From: Felis catus
Lineage: Eukaryota
Direction of reading: 5' to 3'
DNA length: 64,000 nucleotides
Assembly (NCBI RefSeq): GCF_018350175.1
Contig: NC_058368.1
Location: 127,164,001 to 127,228,000, forward strand
Part shown: one piece after another, positions 48,114 through 61,592 of the stretch
Position numbering within the stretch: the first letter of the stretch is position 1
Layout: every line of letters starts with the position of its first letter
Translations under genes and position numbers: made by a program
The notes under the pieces: generated by a model
The model's input: only the letters and a program-made list of their open reading frames with translations
Told to the model about the DNA's origin: nothing
Database searches by the model: none

Positions 48114-50599
48114 TTCCAATTTACATTTTTAAAAGAATGTTCTGTTAATTGATATCTAACTGATAAAACATTAGGGCATAGTAATAATGCAGAATGAAAA
48201 TACTGTGGAACGTCCAACTTTTTCTAAAAGCAACACAATAAAGGAGATGCAAAGTTGTCTTTTTCATTACTGCCAAAGCATTCCTTCTTACTTTCCCCCC
48301 CTGATTCTTGAGATCAGACAATTAGAATCTTAAGCAGGATAAAAACAATGTAAATGTAAATGTAAAATTACGAGCAGGGAAATGGATAATTTCATCCTTT
48401 TTTCCTAATGTGAAATTGGATACAGGTGCAAGAAGTATCTTCCAATGTTAATGTTATTTTTTTCCTTAAATAATTCCTTACCACCACCTTTTCATTTCTT
48501 CTGTACAGTTATACATGATCCCCTCTTAGGTTACCAGGCCTCAGCAAGGTCATAGAAATAAGCTACTTATTTCTGATATTAATCATGAGTAAAATTAAGA
48601 CTTGATTTCAACTATAAATATCAATATCCTTTTGAAGGATTGGCTAGTCTTTATAGACATGAGAGTTTAGACAACCGGAAAAAATTAAAATTAAAAATTA
48701 AATAATAAGAAGTCTGCTAGGATGAACCTTTGCTGTCATTTATATTTGAAACAGTTGTTTATAATTTTCACTGCACATGTACTAGACGGTAGGAAAGGAA
48801 ATAAAGTAATATTTTGATTATTTTGTCATTGGTAAACACTTATCTATCCATAAAAATATTACCAGGAACGGATTATTCAGTGGCAGAGAAATTCCATCCC
48901 GGGACAAACCCTTCTTCCACAAGTTGGAAACTAAACTTATATCCCTGGGAAAAACAGATTCTGAGATCTAAACTTTGCCACCATCAAACTGTGATCCAAT
49001 AATTTCTAACATCCCTCAAATCTGAACAACATGCCCACCTCCTGCCAATAATGTAGATGTTATGCTCTGCAGGTCTAAATAAGGCATCTTACTTGCCTCC
49101 TGAGTATTTCTGGGATTTTGGTTCCAAGATTCCAGATGTTACAAGTGGCAAATTTGGGGTTTGTTGTCTGACACAGAAACTCAGCATTTCCTTTATAGGA
49201 GATAGCAACCATGAATCAAATTGAAACTCCCAAATCTAAAAGTGGAAAAATTTAAACATAACCCACATAGGCATTTGCTTACAATAAGTCACTATTTGAC
49301 AGGTGGGGGGTTGGTGAGCTGAACTTGAGAGAAACAAAGAGTTACATTAGTGGAGTTGCATTGTGTTGAAATACATTGCCTCAGGAAACCAGAGCAGGCA
49401 GAGATAGGGTCCAGGATAACGTATTTTGAAATGGTAGCTGGTCACAGACTTAAAGGTAGCACAAGTGAACTCGGGAGCAAGCAACCTCACTTCAGGTTCA
49501 TTTATCAGCTACCTCTGAAAGAAGTCCATTGTAAGAATTCTATTTTCAGGGTGATCCATTGCAAAAGAATGTGCCAAAAGGAAATTTAACAAGGGGACTT
49601 GCGCATTTCTGTAAACTAGTATTTATTCGGTATCGGCAACTGTGGTTTTTATTACATTAATGTATTATCAAAATCAACTATCGATTATGATTCCAAATGG
49701 AAATGCTGCAAAATAATGCTAGCATTTGCTTTGATCCGCCTTCAAATAGTCATTCTAAACCTTACATGTGTCTACTTGATTCAGAGGTCAATTCTTCCCT
49801 GTTCTAAAATGGAGAACAATTATTCCAGAAGTTGTAACACTAACAGAATGCTAACAGAACTGACAGTACCCGTACTCTTAAGACCATTAGGAAAGCATTC
49901 TCTGTGTTTTAAGCTGCTACCAATGCATACTTTATTCATATATGTCTCAGTAAACAAACAGAAATAAAATGTAATTAAAGAGCTAATATTACTAACACAT
50001 AGAATAAAACAGCTGACAAGACGCATGATAAAAATCAGAATGAAAGATAAATAAAACTGGACTGTGAATCCAAATACTGTACTATATACTTAAGGTTCTC
50101 ATCTACATTAGAATATTTTAGAATTCTTTTTAGCAATTCAGACATAATTAAATCAAGCCCCTTTTAATCAAAAAAGCACTGAGGTCCTTGTAAGTGCTTG
50201 AGCAAATGGGGTTGAAGGAAAGAAATCAAGGAGAAAAAAACGAGAGGGAAGGGAAATACATTCTATGTTTATTAAGTATCTACTAAATGACCCATAGAGT
50301 CCTAGGAGACTTTTCTAAGTAGTCAACAGGAAATATACCGAGAGTCAAATTATTTTAAAATTTGGAATTAACATATGCTAATCATTTGAAATAAAAAACT
50401 AAACACTATGTTTTAATATGTAAAAAAGTATTCTTGGGTTAATAATTGTCCAATTTTCTGTGCATAAAGTTTTTAAAAGTCAGAAAATTTTGTTCTTTTC
50501 AATATTGTATCCATGAGTGTAGACTGAGAAAAATAATAACAAACAAACAAACAAACAAACAAAAAACCTCTCTCCTGAGGTCTTAACTGGTAAGAGAAA

Positions 50600-50870
50600 G
50601 GACAGATTATGGAATTTCATTTTGAAAGCCACTTCCTCTGACAAGCCTTCCCTGCTTTCCCAGACCAAGGCAAGTCTCTATAGCACTCTGCGCTTTCTTC
50701 TTATCACTGTCAGCACATTTGTAATTACTATTTATTTAACATCTAGCTTCCCTGCTAGACCTAACCATTGTAAGGACAGAGACCATGTCTGCTTTCCCAC
50801 TGAATGCCCTGTGCCTAGTAAATGACCAGGGAAAAAGAGTCCCAATAATGTTTGTTTAATGAATGAACAA
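50600..50870 (+). mobile_element. L2 3' end
   Basis: CACTTCCTCTGACAAGCCTTCCCTG...AAGGACAGAGACCATGTCTG...TAATGTTTGTTTAATGAATGAA. Confidence 0.75.
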
Positions 50871-52654
50871 ACCAATAACATCAGGGCTTCTTGAAAATAA
50901 GATGCATCACCTGTATTATATTTTTTGTGTGTTCCCAAATAGGGGCGAAATATTTTGCTATGGTAGGAGTTATTTATTTTCTTTTTCCTTACATGTTCCC
51001 TCTGACAAAGCCGTAATTGTAGCAAGAAATAAATAAATAAAATAATAAAACCAGAAAAAAAAACATACTGTCACTGTTATGACCAAATGAATTACAGGTT
51101 TGTCCTCAGACTAGTTTTTTTTTTCTTTTTTTGGCTTCGTTTTTGATGAGGCATCATTGGGAAAATATGCAGGGCAGTCCTGATACAGGGTATTAGAGGA
51201 ACAGTCATGCCATCAGCTTGCCGTGTGACCTTGAGTATTGCTGCTTGACCTTGTTACGTTTCATGTCTCATCCAAAGGAAAGCTACTGTGAAGAGGTTTT
51301 GAGAGGAATGTAGGGTAATTTATGTGAAAGCTTCTTGAAAACAACCAGACTAGATTTTAAGCACCACTACTCACAATGTTAAGCTTTTGGTCTGCTAGAA
51401 AAATTATTGGTATACTGTTAGAAACACTTCCAGTTTTAAAAATTTTACAGTAAAATGGGTCACCTCATAAACATGGCAAGTAGGAATACCATTTTACCAG
51501 TTGCAAAAGGGGTATCAATCTTAAATTTTGATCAGTAATTTTTTCTCCCATTTGAAATCTTCCTATGATAAGTATAAAAGGATAGAATATTTTACAAGTT
51601 AATCCTTCAACAGAATATTAAACTCTTACCTGCAGGATGAAAACCTTCTATTGGTTCTGCTGACTAGAAGTAAAGAAAAAGTAAGGGGCAAGGAATTCTA
51701 TTAAACAAGCTCATGGAATTTTTCACAATTGTTCAAAAATCCTGGGCTTCCCCTAAATATAGGAACATTCCCATTTACTTTCTGAAAACTTGGGGGATCC
51801 TGCAGACAGGTTGTTTAACTGAAAAAGCATTTGCAACACTGATTCCAACCCATGCTGTTCTCATTGTTGACCACATACCAAATAAGGACAGAAATGGCCT
51901 CTTTTCAGCTTTTTAGAACTATGTTAACAAACAAGTAAAAGCAGTGATGGAATTACCAGGCTGAGAAACAAAATCCCTCCCTTGGGAGAAAGAAAAAGAC
52001 CCCAAATACCAAGAATCTCTAAATAACAACAATCTCATGTGTTCAACTTTGGCACTGTGCATTTTTTCCATGACAGCGTTCAATATCTCGCTAAATCTGG
52101 ATATCCATTTAGCCGAGCCAACATTCATAAACATTCCCATTCCTGGGTACTTACTGTCGCCCTTGTTACCCCCAGACTCCCTTCCTCATCCTGACACTCC
52201 TCATGTGTTGACTGAGTTTGTGAAACAAAGGTTACCACAAGGTCAGAGTATACTTTTAGAATTCCATATTCTACTATGATGGTATCAACCACTAATTTGG
52301 TATCTATTCTATGATAAAGGCCTGGCATTCCTTTTATTATCCCCATAATACTGTATCTATGAGTTTAGTTGTATTTTTATTCTGTTTTACGACAGAAGAA
52401 AAGGAGGCTTAGAAGGTTGAAGTAACCTGCCCCTATGATCATACAGTCACGGAAAGGCAGATCTGAGATTAAAATCGGGGTCTTCCCAATTATAAAACCT
52501 ATGCTTTTAACCCAAAAAGACCTAGAATATAACTGAGGAATGAAGGAATGAGGGGTGGTCCCTTTCTTTGGAGAGGTAAGTCATGGAGGAAGTTTGGGAT
52601 TTTCATAGAAAGAACAGGCACATGCACAATAGTTACATAATCTTATTTCATCTT

Positions 52655-52853
52655 TTTCTTTTTAACTTTTTTTTTTGAAAGAGAGAGAGAGAGCAAGTGT
52701 TGGAGAGGTGCAGAGTGAGAGAGAGAGAATCTTAAGCAGGCTCAACACTCAGCACCGGGTCTGATGCAGGGCTCGATCCCACTACCCTGGGATCGTGACC
52801 TGAACAGAAATCAAAAGTCAGATGCTCAACTGACTGAGCCACTCAAGTGCCCC
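52655..52853 (-). mobile_element. CanSINE (older subfamily) inserted in a MIR
   Basis: TSD TAATCTTA(T/A)TTCATCTT. Confidence 0.92.
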
Positions 52854-53644
52854 TAATCTTAATTCATCTTAACCAACTTTCAGGCAGACATTATGGTTGC
52901 CATCTTATAGACAAGAAACCTGAGGCTCACAGAGGTTAAGTAGCTCAGCTGATACCAGAAAACTAACTAAGGAGATATGCATCTGAGTCAGTTTTGCTTA
53001 TCTCAAATCTTGTCTCCATGGTAGCTGGCTTCCCCAAGCTCTTTAGATCCCTAATTCCAGAGCCCGGAGACTGAGGCTGAGGGCAGGGCTGCATGGGCTC
53101 AGCTGTGATAGCCAGAGAGTTACAGAGGGAGCGAGAGAGAGGAGGCCTGCCAGAGGATGGCGAGACTTGGGGAAAAGTGACAGTGTCAGAGGGTTCGAAT
53201 GCACCACTTACCACTTCCGTGCTGCATTTTCCCTTTGCATATTTTACATCGATTCACACAGAAACACTTTTCAGTCTGTCTAACCAATGGTTGCAATTCA
53301 CTAAGGAGCTAAAACAGAAATCTGGGTATTTCAGTAACAGTGAAAGAAACAATGTGTATTTATGTTATTAGTTTTTTACTTTGTAACAGGAGGCACAAAA
53401 CTTAAGGTACCATTTTCTAGCCATACCTCAAAACCACCTAAGGAATTTATAACAGACATTTATACAATTATGGCATTAATAAGAAAATAGGACACATCCT
53501 GGCCCTTGTTTCCACTGTTATCATTAATTTTAGTTCTACTGGTTCAGTGGAGTTTAATGACTTTCCTGTTTGGTAAGTGGTAAATGATGAGCCTTGAGTG
53601 AAACTCTGGCTTACCTCTAAATTTTGGAAAACAAGCCATTTCTA

Positions 53645-53862
53645 TATATATATATATATATATAATTTTGAGAGAGAGAGAGAAACAGAGAGCATGTGGG
53701 GGAGGGGCAGAGAGACAGGGAGACACAGGATACTAAGCAGGCTCCAAGCTTTGAGCTGTCAGCCCAGAGCCCACTGCAGGTCTTGAACTCGAATTCATCA
53801 ACCATGAAATCATGGCCTGAGCCAAAGTAGCCACTCAACCGACTGAGCCACCCAGGTGCCCC
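53645..53862 (-). mobile_element. CanSINE with (TA)n tail
   Basis: TSD GCCATTTCTA. Confidence 0.92.
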
Positions 53863-55695
53863 ATGCCATTTCTAAATTAGTGACTTCTGTTAAATTCACT
53901 GCCTTTAAAATGTAGAGGTCAAGTGGAGAAGGAACAGTTGTGCTTCATTGGTTAGGTGATATCAACTAAAGTTATCTATTTATAGCAAATTCTGATTCAA
54001 ATTTTGATTTAAATTGTATCTATAATAGTTTGATATATAGGTTATACCTAACTCTTAAGGGAATGAATTTACCTATGACAATAAAATAAGTTGCAGTCAA
54101 AGACACAAAATCATAGCTGCGGGTTTTTAAGCAGTATTGAATATTAGATAACGAAATGTTTGGGGAAGTAAGTATTTTTCTTGATATTCTAAGTGACCTT
54201 CACTAAACCACAAAGTCCTAAAAGATGTGGCCTAGTAAACTAGTTTCCATATGAAATTTCGTTCAACAGCTAACTCTCCCTTCCTCCCTCCCTCCCTCCC
54301 TTCCTTCCTTCCTTCCCTCTCTTCCAACTTTCCTCCTTTTTCCCTTCTTTCCTCCCATCCACTCAGAAATACATATTTGGCATCTATTATGAGCCAAGCA
54401 CTATGCTATATACATGCTAACAATCAATGGTGAAGATAATTATGCCCAAACAGACCTCAGAATTGAATGAACTAAAACCGAAACTTCAGGCTGATGGGAA
54501 ATTGGACTGGGTTGACATTTTTTACAAGTATCAAGGAAGTAGGAAGAGAAAGGATATAAAATATTTATAGAATTGGAAAATGGCTTGAGGTCTTGTTTAT
54601 GAAAAAAAATGAGTATAACTAAAGAGATGGTAATTTTTCAGATGATCAACATTAAAAACACATCAAATGAGATATTTTAGGTAAAACACTTTTCACAGCA
54701 GCTGGCCCAGGGGAAACACTTCTCCAACAGTCAATTCATAGAACTATACGAAGCTGGGAGGCTTGCAGGAGAGACACATTTATAATGAAGTTCTTGTTTC
54801 ATGAGTAGTGCCAAGCATGGGTCTAAATCCGTGCAAGGTGGTTGGGCATAGAAAAGAAAATGGGACCTGGTCCCTCTTGAGAGAGATTTGCAACTGGGAA
54901 AAATCTCACCTCATAAAAATGTCATCTCTGTAACCTATGGTGGTTAATGTTTTCTCAATAAACTGTATCAGTAGTGCTCACAACCTTAAAGCTGACAAAC
55001 TGTGCCCTGGCATCTTTTACAAAGAGAAAAATAAGCATGCCATAAATAGGGCAATCAGCCTTGCAGTAGTCCAGAATGAGCTGAATTACAGATGTTTAAG
55101 ACACAAACTTGATTGGGCATATAAAACTTGTTTCAGAAAAAAAAATGTAGACTATGGTTCTTGCCATATCAGAATGAGATTTTTTTTCCCAAAAGAGTAA
55201 TATGAAAATTCTCAAAAATACATAAATGTTCGAAGAATTTTACAGTGAATACCAGGGTACCTACCACTTAGATTATGCTGGTAACATTTAAGAGACTGTT
55301 TCTTAACAGGAGATTATCACACTGGACTCGAACAATGAGAACTGTTCTATTATAATACTATTCATCTGAATAATATTTATAGATTGTAAATTATGTTATA
55401 CCTAAGATACAAGTCTCTATGCTTTAACATCCAATCTGCTTTAAAGGCTGGACTTTGTACAGGCAGAGAGTGTGGGTTGTTTCTTTCTTTCTTTTTTTTT
55501 TTTTCTATGTCATATAAAGAACATAGTAAACGTGAATCCCTATATCTCATTAGCAAAAATAAGTTATGGTAAAACGTAAACATTAAAGATACAATGAAAG
55601 ATTATGAATTATGCAAATCAATATCCTTTAAGTGATAAAATGGTTAACCATGAGGTTTTTTTTTCCAGTTTAGTTCTAGGTAATATGCTTTCAGA

Positions 55696-55919
55696 TTTTT
55701 TTTTTAATTTTTTTTTCAACGTTTATTTATTTTTGGGACAGAGAGAGACAGAGCATGAACGGGGGAGGGGCAGAGAGAGAGGGAGACACAGAATCGGAAA
55801 CAGGCTCCAGGCTCTGAGCCATCAGCCCAGAGCCTGACGCGGGGCTCGAACTCACGGACCGCGAGATCGTGACCTGGCTGAAGTCGGACGCTTAACCGAC
55901 TGCGCCACCCAGGCGCCCC
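55696..55919 (-). mobile_element. Very young CanSINE (SINEC_Fc)
   Basis: CpG-rich, near-consensus sequence; perfect TSD TATGCTTTCAGA (55684-55695, 55920-55931). Confidence 0.96.
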
Positions 55920-56674
55920 TATGCTTTCAGAATTTTTTTATACACGGTAATTTTTAGTAAATTATGAGTTCAGTCAGGTGGTTAGGAATGGGATGATTGG
56001 GAATATTCCAGAGTTATCAATATTATACAAAATATCCTATAAAATCTATAAATCTGGTGTTTCAATAAGTGCAAATTTTCTAGTTTTTCTATGGGTTTAA
56101 TTTTTTATTTCCTTTTGTTATATTTTTAATGAATTTTATATAAATGTTAAGTCTAGCTTGTTATTGACAAGAAAGAGACTCTATTACAGTAATAAATGAA
56201 ATAGAAAATCCCAACATCACTTAATATGTTTTTCACCCACTATTTCTGATGTGCCTACGGAAAAGTCAGCTTGCTATCTTCTCAACAATTTGACATGCAG
56301 GTCAAGGTCAAACAACACCACAAGACTGACAGAGGAAACCTAATTTTAGTCTCCATGATACTGAAGAACTTAATACAAATAAGTACTGAATACTCTCGGC
56401 TCATGTTTAGAGTTGATACTTGAAAAGGAATCCAGTCAAAGAGCAAGTGATGCAGAGTCATGTCCAGAGTCAGGGTGTTCACGTGCTCCGAGGACTGTGG
56501 AGCATCTCAGATTCAGATAATCAACTTCTCAGGTACATTTAAGGATGTGTATTTTCCACTCTAATACAACCTCATTCCAGCAGTTCAGTGAGAATAGCAA
56601 ATATAGCTATAAAAAGTATGCAGTGGCTTTTTCAAGATGTTGGTATTAATACTTTCTTGAGGAGTGCAGTATGA

Positions 56675-57174
56675 AAGCAGTATGCGTGTATAATGGGATG
56701 TTATTCAGCCACGGGAAAGAAGGAAATCCCAGCATTTGGAGCAACATGGCTGGGCCTTGTGGATTATTACGTGAAGTAGTCAGAGAAAGACAAATACTGT
56801 ATAATATCATTTACATGTGGAATCTGAACAAGTCAACTCATAAAAAAGAGTAAAATGGGGCTTATCAGATGGGGTGGAGGGTGGTGTGGTTGAAGGGTAC
56901 AAACTTGCAACTATTAGTTAAATAAATCCTGGGGATTCAATATGCAGCATAGTGACTATAGATAACAATACTGTATTATGAGCATCAAACTAGCTAATTA
57001 ACTGGATCTTAATTACTCCCAACACAAAAAAGAACTGATAATTATGTGAAGGAAAAGAAATTTTAGCTAAGGCTACAATGCAATCATACTGCAACATATA
57101 AATGTATCAAATCAACATCTTGGCCACCTTATATTTGCACAATGTTATATATCAACTGTATTTCAATAAAAAAG
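56675..57174 (+). mobile_element. L1 3' end (L1MA9/L1_Carn-like)
   Basis: GAAGGAAATCC...CAGAGAAAGACAAATACTG...GGGTACAAACTT...TCAATAAAAAA. Confidence 0.85.
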
Positions 57175-57370
57175 AAGTGAATTTTGAAATTTATAATACT
57201 AAATACAATCTAATTACTCATGAAAAGCATTTTACAATTAAATCTAATTAGTTAAAATATACACCAAAATGTTTTCAGTGTTATGTCTGGATATTGGGAT
57301 CATAGACATTTTTAAACTTTCTTTTCTGTAGTGTTAAATTTTTTTACAACCAATAGAAATTACTTTATAA

Positions 57371-57579
57371 AAAAAATTTTAATGTTTATTATTTTTGAGA
57401 GACAGACAGAGAGAGCAAGCAGGGAAGGGGCAAAGAGAGAGGGAGGCACAGAATTGGAAGCAGGCTCCAGGCTCTGAGCTGTCAGCAAAGAGCCCAATGC
57501 AGGGCTTGAACTCACAGACCGCGAGATCATGACCTGAGCTGTAGTCGGCCACCCAACCGACTGAGCCACTAGGCGCCCC
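57371..57579 (-). mobile_element. CanSINE
   Basis: TSD AGAAATTAC(-/G)TTTATAA. Confidence 0.94.
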
Positions 57580-58267
57580 AGAAATTACGTTTATAATAAA
57601 ACTAAAGATAGGCTACTAAAGACTCAGATAGCCAAATTTCTTTTTTCCCACCAGGACTTTGAAGTTTTTAGTTTGATGAGATTTCAACCAAAGGTCCATG
57701 AATAAAAACTTTTGAATTTATATTAGTTTAAGTAGGTCTTATAGTTTACAAGTTGCTGAGCCGTTAAAGGGTCACAGAGAGAAGTGCTGGAAAGCCAGAT
57801 AAGCACGCACATCATTTAACACCTATGATGATATGATTTAAAATCAAATTAGATGCAGCTTGATGCGGTCTGCAGACATTATCACTAGAGAGGACAGAGC
57901 AGTCTTCCCTCTAGAGGTGGAAGATCCAGGGCCAGGAAAAAGCAAAAAGAAAAATGCCGAAAGCTTTATAGATTCAAAGAGGAACGCTTCATGCCAGTAT
58001 GTGAGAATATTCTCTTCTATGAAAATAGCTAGATGTTTGCAGAGTGTCCCCTTCTACAGAGAGGTTCTCATCACTCTGCCTTCACCCAAAGAAAGAGCCA
58101 GGAGCTTCGGCTAGCCATGAAGGCTTTTGCTTATTATCCTTCACCACCTGATGAGTGACTTCCAAACCTTTCAGAGGGTGCATATGCAGGCACAGGTGAC
58201 ATGCAGCCTTGGTATCCTACATCTCTGTTATTAAAGGTGTACATAAATATTCTACACGGTTATGTGT

Positions 58268-58458
58268 TTTTTTAATGTTTATTTGTGAGACAGAGAGAGA
58301 GAGAGAACAGGCAGGGGAGAGGCAGAGAGAGAGGGAGACAGAGGATCTGAAGCAGGCTCTAAGAGCAGAGAGCCTGATGTGAGTCTTGAACTCACAAACT
58401 GTGAGATTATGACCTGAACGAAGTCGTGTGCTTAAATGACTGAGACACCCAGCTGCCA
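58268..58458 (-). mobile_element. CanSINE
   Basis: Reverse SINE body ending GAGACACCCAGCTGCC. Confidence 0.9.
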
Positions 58459-58519
58459 CATCATTGTGTTTTTTAATGGGCAATGCTTTAAAAAGAAGTT
58501 CTTAAAATAAGAAATTGGC

Positions 58520-58739
58520 GGGACACCTGGGTGGCTCAGTCGGTTGGGCGGCCGACTTCGGCTCAGGTCATGATCTCATGGTCCGTGAGTTCAAGCCCCG
58601 CATCGGGCTCTGTGCTGACGGCACAGAGACTGGAGCCTGCTTCGGATTCTTTGTCTCCCTCTCTCTCTGATCCTCCCCCCGTTCATGCTCTGTCTCTCTC
58701 TGTCTCAAAAGTAAATAAACATTAAAAAAATTTTAAATT
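58520..58739 (+). mobile_element. CanSINE (SINEC_Fc-type)
   Basis: Full body; TSD AGAAATTGGC. Confidence 0.94.
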
Positions 58740-59203
58740 AGAAATTGGCATTATTTGTCCCCATTATTTCAGAAACTTGTTCTTTTTCCATTTCTCCATT
58801 TGACAAAAGAAAACAAGTACTGAAAATTGGAGAATATATTCAAAAGCAAATGTTGCCTATTTATCTTAAAAATATAGAACTATTTATTTATGAAATGTTA
58901 GTATGATTATGAGTACTGTATGGAAATGTATTAGTCTCCTGAAACTTCATGTGAGTCACTGATAAGAATACTGCCATTTTAGTAATGTGAGAATGGGGGT
59001 ATTTTTAGGTGTTTGAGTTAACTCTTTAGTTAGGCTAAAAAATCTTATGCGCATAAATGATTCCACTGATTTAAAATTACTGAATAACTGCTCAGCAAGA
59101 AGAACCAAATTCTGGATATTTCCTGCAAAGGAGAAATTACTGTGAAATGGGATACAATGTACGCAAGAAGACTTGTGCCTTTATCTCATCAAAACATGAG
59201 AGA

Positions 59204-59378
59204 GGGCACCTGGGGGGCTTAGTCTGTTAAGTATCTGACTCTTGGGTTTGTCTCAGGTCATGATCTCAAGTTTCATGAGATGGAGCTCTGTGCTGGGTTC
59301 TGTACTGACAGAGCAGAACCTACTTGCGACTCTCTTTCCCTCCCTCTCTCAGAATAAATAAACAAACATTAAAAAAAA
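59204..59378 (+). mobile_element. CanSINE (older, degenerate)
   Basis: GGGCACCTGGGGGGCTTAGTCTGTTAAG head; TSD core ATGAGAGA. Confidence 0.88.
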
Positions 59379-59949
59379 ATGAGAGAAAATTATTTGTCTT
59401 CACCTTCCCTTAAACAATTGATTGGAAATGAGTACAGTCGACGTTGCCTGCTGCTGGCTGCACTATGTCACACAACTCATGCTTCCGAACTCTGAGCCAA
59501 GGTAGTGAAAAAGTATGAGTGAGCACAAACCACAATTAAAGAGCAATGACAACAACCAAAAGATCGCATGGGCTAGCCCTTCATAATCTCCACCGGTTTT
59601 TCCAAAACCACCTAAAATAAGCATTTGGGGAAGGAAAAACAATGTGCTTCCTACATAAATGCACATTCAAGAGAAGTCCTCAAGATCCCCTTAGTTGTAA
59701 TCAATTTGTCATCAAGTACTATTCAAACTACCACTATCTAGAAATCCTGCCGTAGCTTCTGCTAAAAGTTCAGACTGTTCATTGACCACCATCAGTGTGT
59801 CCACGTGGAAAGGAGAACATGAGGCACAGAAGAAGGAATAAGTATGTATAGGAACCTACCCATATTCAGATCTTGGGCAAACGGCTTTCAAATAGTCTTG
59901 TAAAAGACTAAGCCTTCCATTAGTTATATCCACCTCCTTCTTGGATTTC

Positions 59950-60435
59950 TAATAGTCTTCAGGTGAAATCCCCCCCAGGCAGACCCTACAAAGTCTTGGC
60001 ATGGGTGTTTAATTTGGAGAGAAGGTGTGGAAATAAATATATGCGCTTAGGGCAGCAGGGAGAGAGTAAAGTCAAGAAAGTGTGCATTAATAAGCTGTGA
60101 GTAAATGGAGCTCAATCTTCTTGGGGACCTTCTAAGAGGTACGGAAATGTTTCGGCATCGTCCCTCTGGAGAGTGTGGAACCGCTGTATAAGTAGTCCCT
60201 CAATGTATGTAAGTTACCCCTAGTTTCTCAATGTATGTAGGTTACCCCTGGGAGTAGTCACAAGCTCTTCTAGGTGGCCCACACACAATCTAGTAAGCTC
60301 CTTTGTACTAGAGAACGTGTACAGGTGTCTCAGATGAGAAGTTGACTTGGCATATAGAAATCGCCCATCACACATACAGGTGAACTCTGAGGTGAGTCAA
60401 TAAGAAATGAGGTGGGGCTTGAAGCCCCTGTCACA
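59950..60435 (-). mobile_element. ERVL solo LTR (LTR33/LTR16-like)
   Basis: GCAGACCCT, TTTAATTTGGAG and GGAGCTCAATC motifs; contains a 28-bp tandem duplication near 60198-60250. Confidence 0.55.
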
Positions 60436-60439
60436 AATA

Positions 60440-61036
60440 GGACTCTTACACCTAGGATGCCCAAACTGAATTTTTGGTTCATGTCTCCATCATCCCATCA
60501 CTAAATCTACTTCTCCCTGCCTTTCGCCAACTCAGCAAATTAAAACACAGGTTTCTAATTTTTTCAGGCAAAAATCCTTGAATCATCTTTGGCTCATTTA
60601 CTTTTCTCTTACCCCCTGTGGAATTCCAACACCAAATGCCGTCAGCTTTATATTCAAATTATACTCAGAATCTGGTCACTTCTTACCAGTTCCACCACCA
60701 CCAGCCTTGTCCAGGTCACCACTGTCTCTTGCCCAAACTACTGCAGTGGCTTCTTAACCATTTTCCCTGCCCCTGCCCTTGCTCCAAGTGTGTTCTTCAC
60801 AGAATACCAGACCACGCAGAGCGACACTTTGGAAAGGTATGTCATTTCTCTCCTCAAAACCCTCTACTGGTTCCCCACTTCACTTGGGATAAAATCCCAA
60901 CTCTTTACCATGACTTACAAAAGCCCTTTCCTATCTCATTCCTATTTCTCTGACCTCTTTTCCTTCTCCTCTCTCATCTTGTTTACTTGATTCCATCCAC
61001 ACAGGTCTTGTCTGCTTGCTTGCTTCTTTCTCTTTT

Positions 61037-61104
<68 letters not shown>

Positions 61105-61592
61105 TTCTCCCTCCCTCCCTTCCTTTCCCCTCCCCTCCCCTTCCCTTCCCTTCCTTTCCCTCCATACTGGTCTTTTACCTAATCCTTGAACACAATGAAT
61201 CTGCTCCTACCCCAGGACCTTTCCCCTTGCTGTTTCTGTTCCTGAAATGCTCTTCCTTCAGATACCTGCATCGTTCTTTCATTTTGTTAAGGTCCAAATA
61301 TGAGGTTAATAGAAAGAGCTATTTATTCTGACTGTTCAATCTAAAATAGCATCACCATCACTCTATTTCTTTACTCTGCATGATTTTTCCTCATAGAACT
61401 TATCATCACATAGTTATTTTGTATATGTTTGTATATTTTGCATTGTTTTTCTCCCTCCCCCTCCCAAAAAAAGTTCCACAAGAAGAAAAAGAAATTAAGA
61501 GACTCTGCTTTTTTCACTGCTGTGTACCAGCAACTGGAGTAGGGACTACTAGTGGTAGGGGTCCAATATAGATTTGCTAAGTGGATGAATTC
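60440..61592 (+). mobile_element. L2 LINE 3' fragment
   Basis: L2-like pyrimidine-rich sequence (TCCTTGAATCATCTTTG, CCACCAGCCTTGTCCAGG, AACTACTGCAGTGGCTTC). ORF 60589-60990 is its decayed ORF2. Ends in TGGATGAAT. Confidence 0.78.
61025..61163. repeat. (TTTC)n/(CCCTT)n polypyrimidine tract inside L2
   Basis: Read directly; about 140 nt purine-free on the + strand. Confidence 0.95.

Noticed and set aside
4172..58725. Recurrent MAQSV...AQVMIS...LTAQSLEPAS ORFs and tRNA-like A/B boxes
   Set aside because: Translations and internal promoters of CanSINEs, not a protein family or tRNA genes
60589..61331. ORFs of 111-133 aa
   Set aside because: Decayed L2 ORF2 and (TTTC)n low-complexity translations
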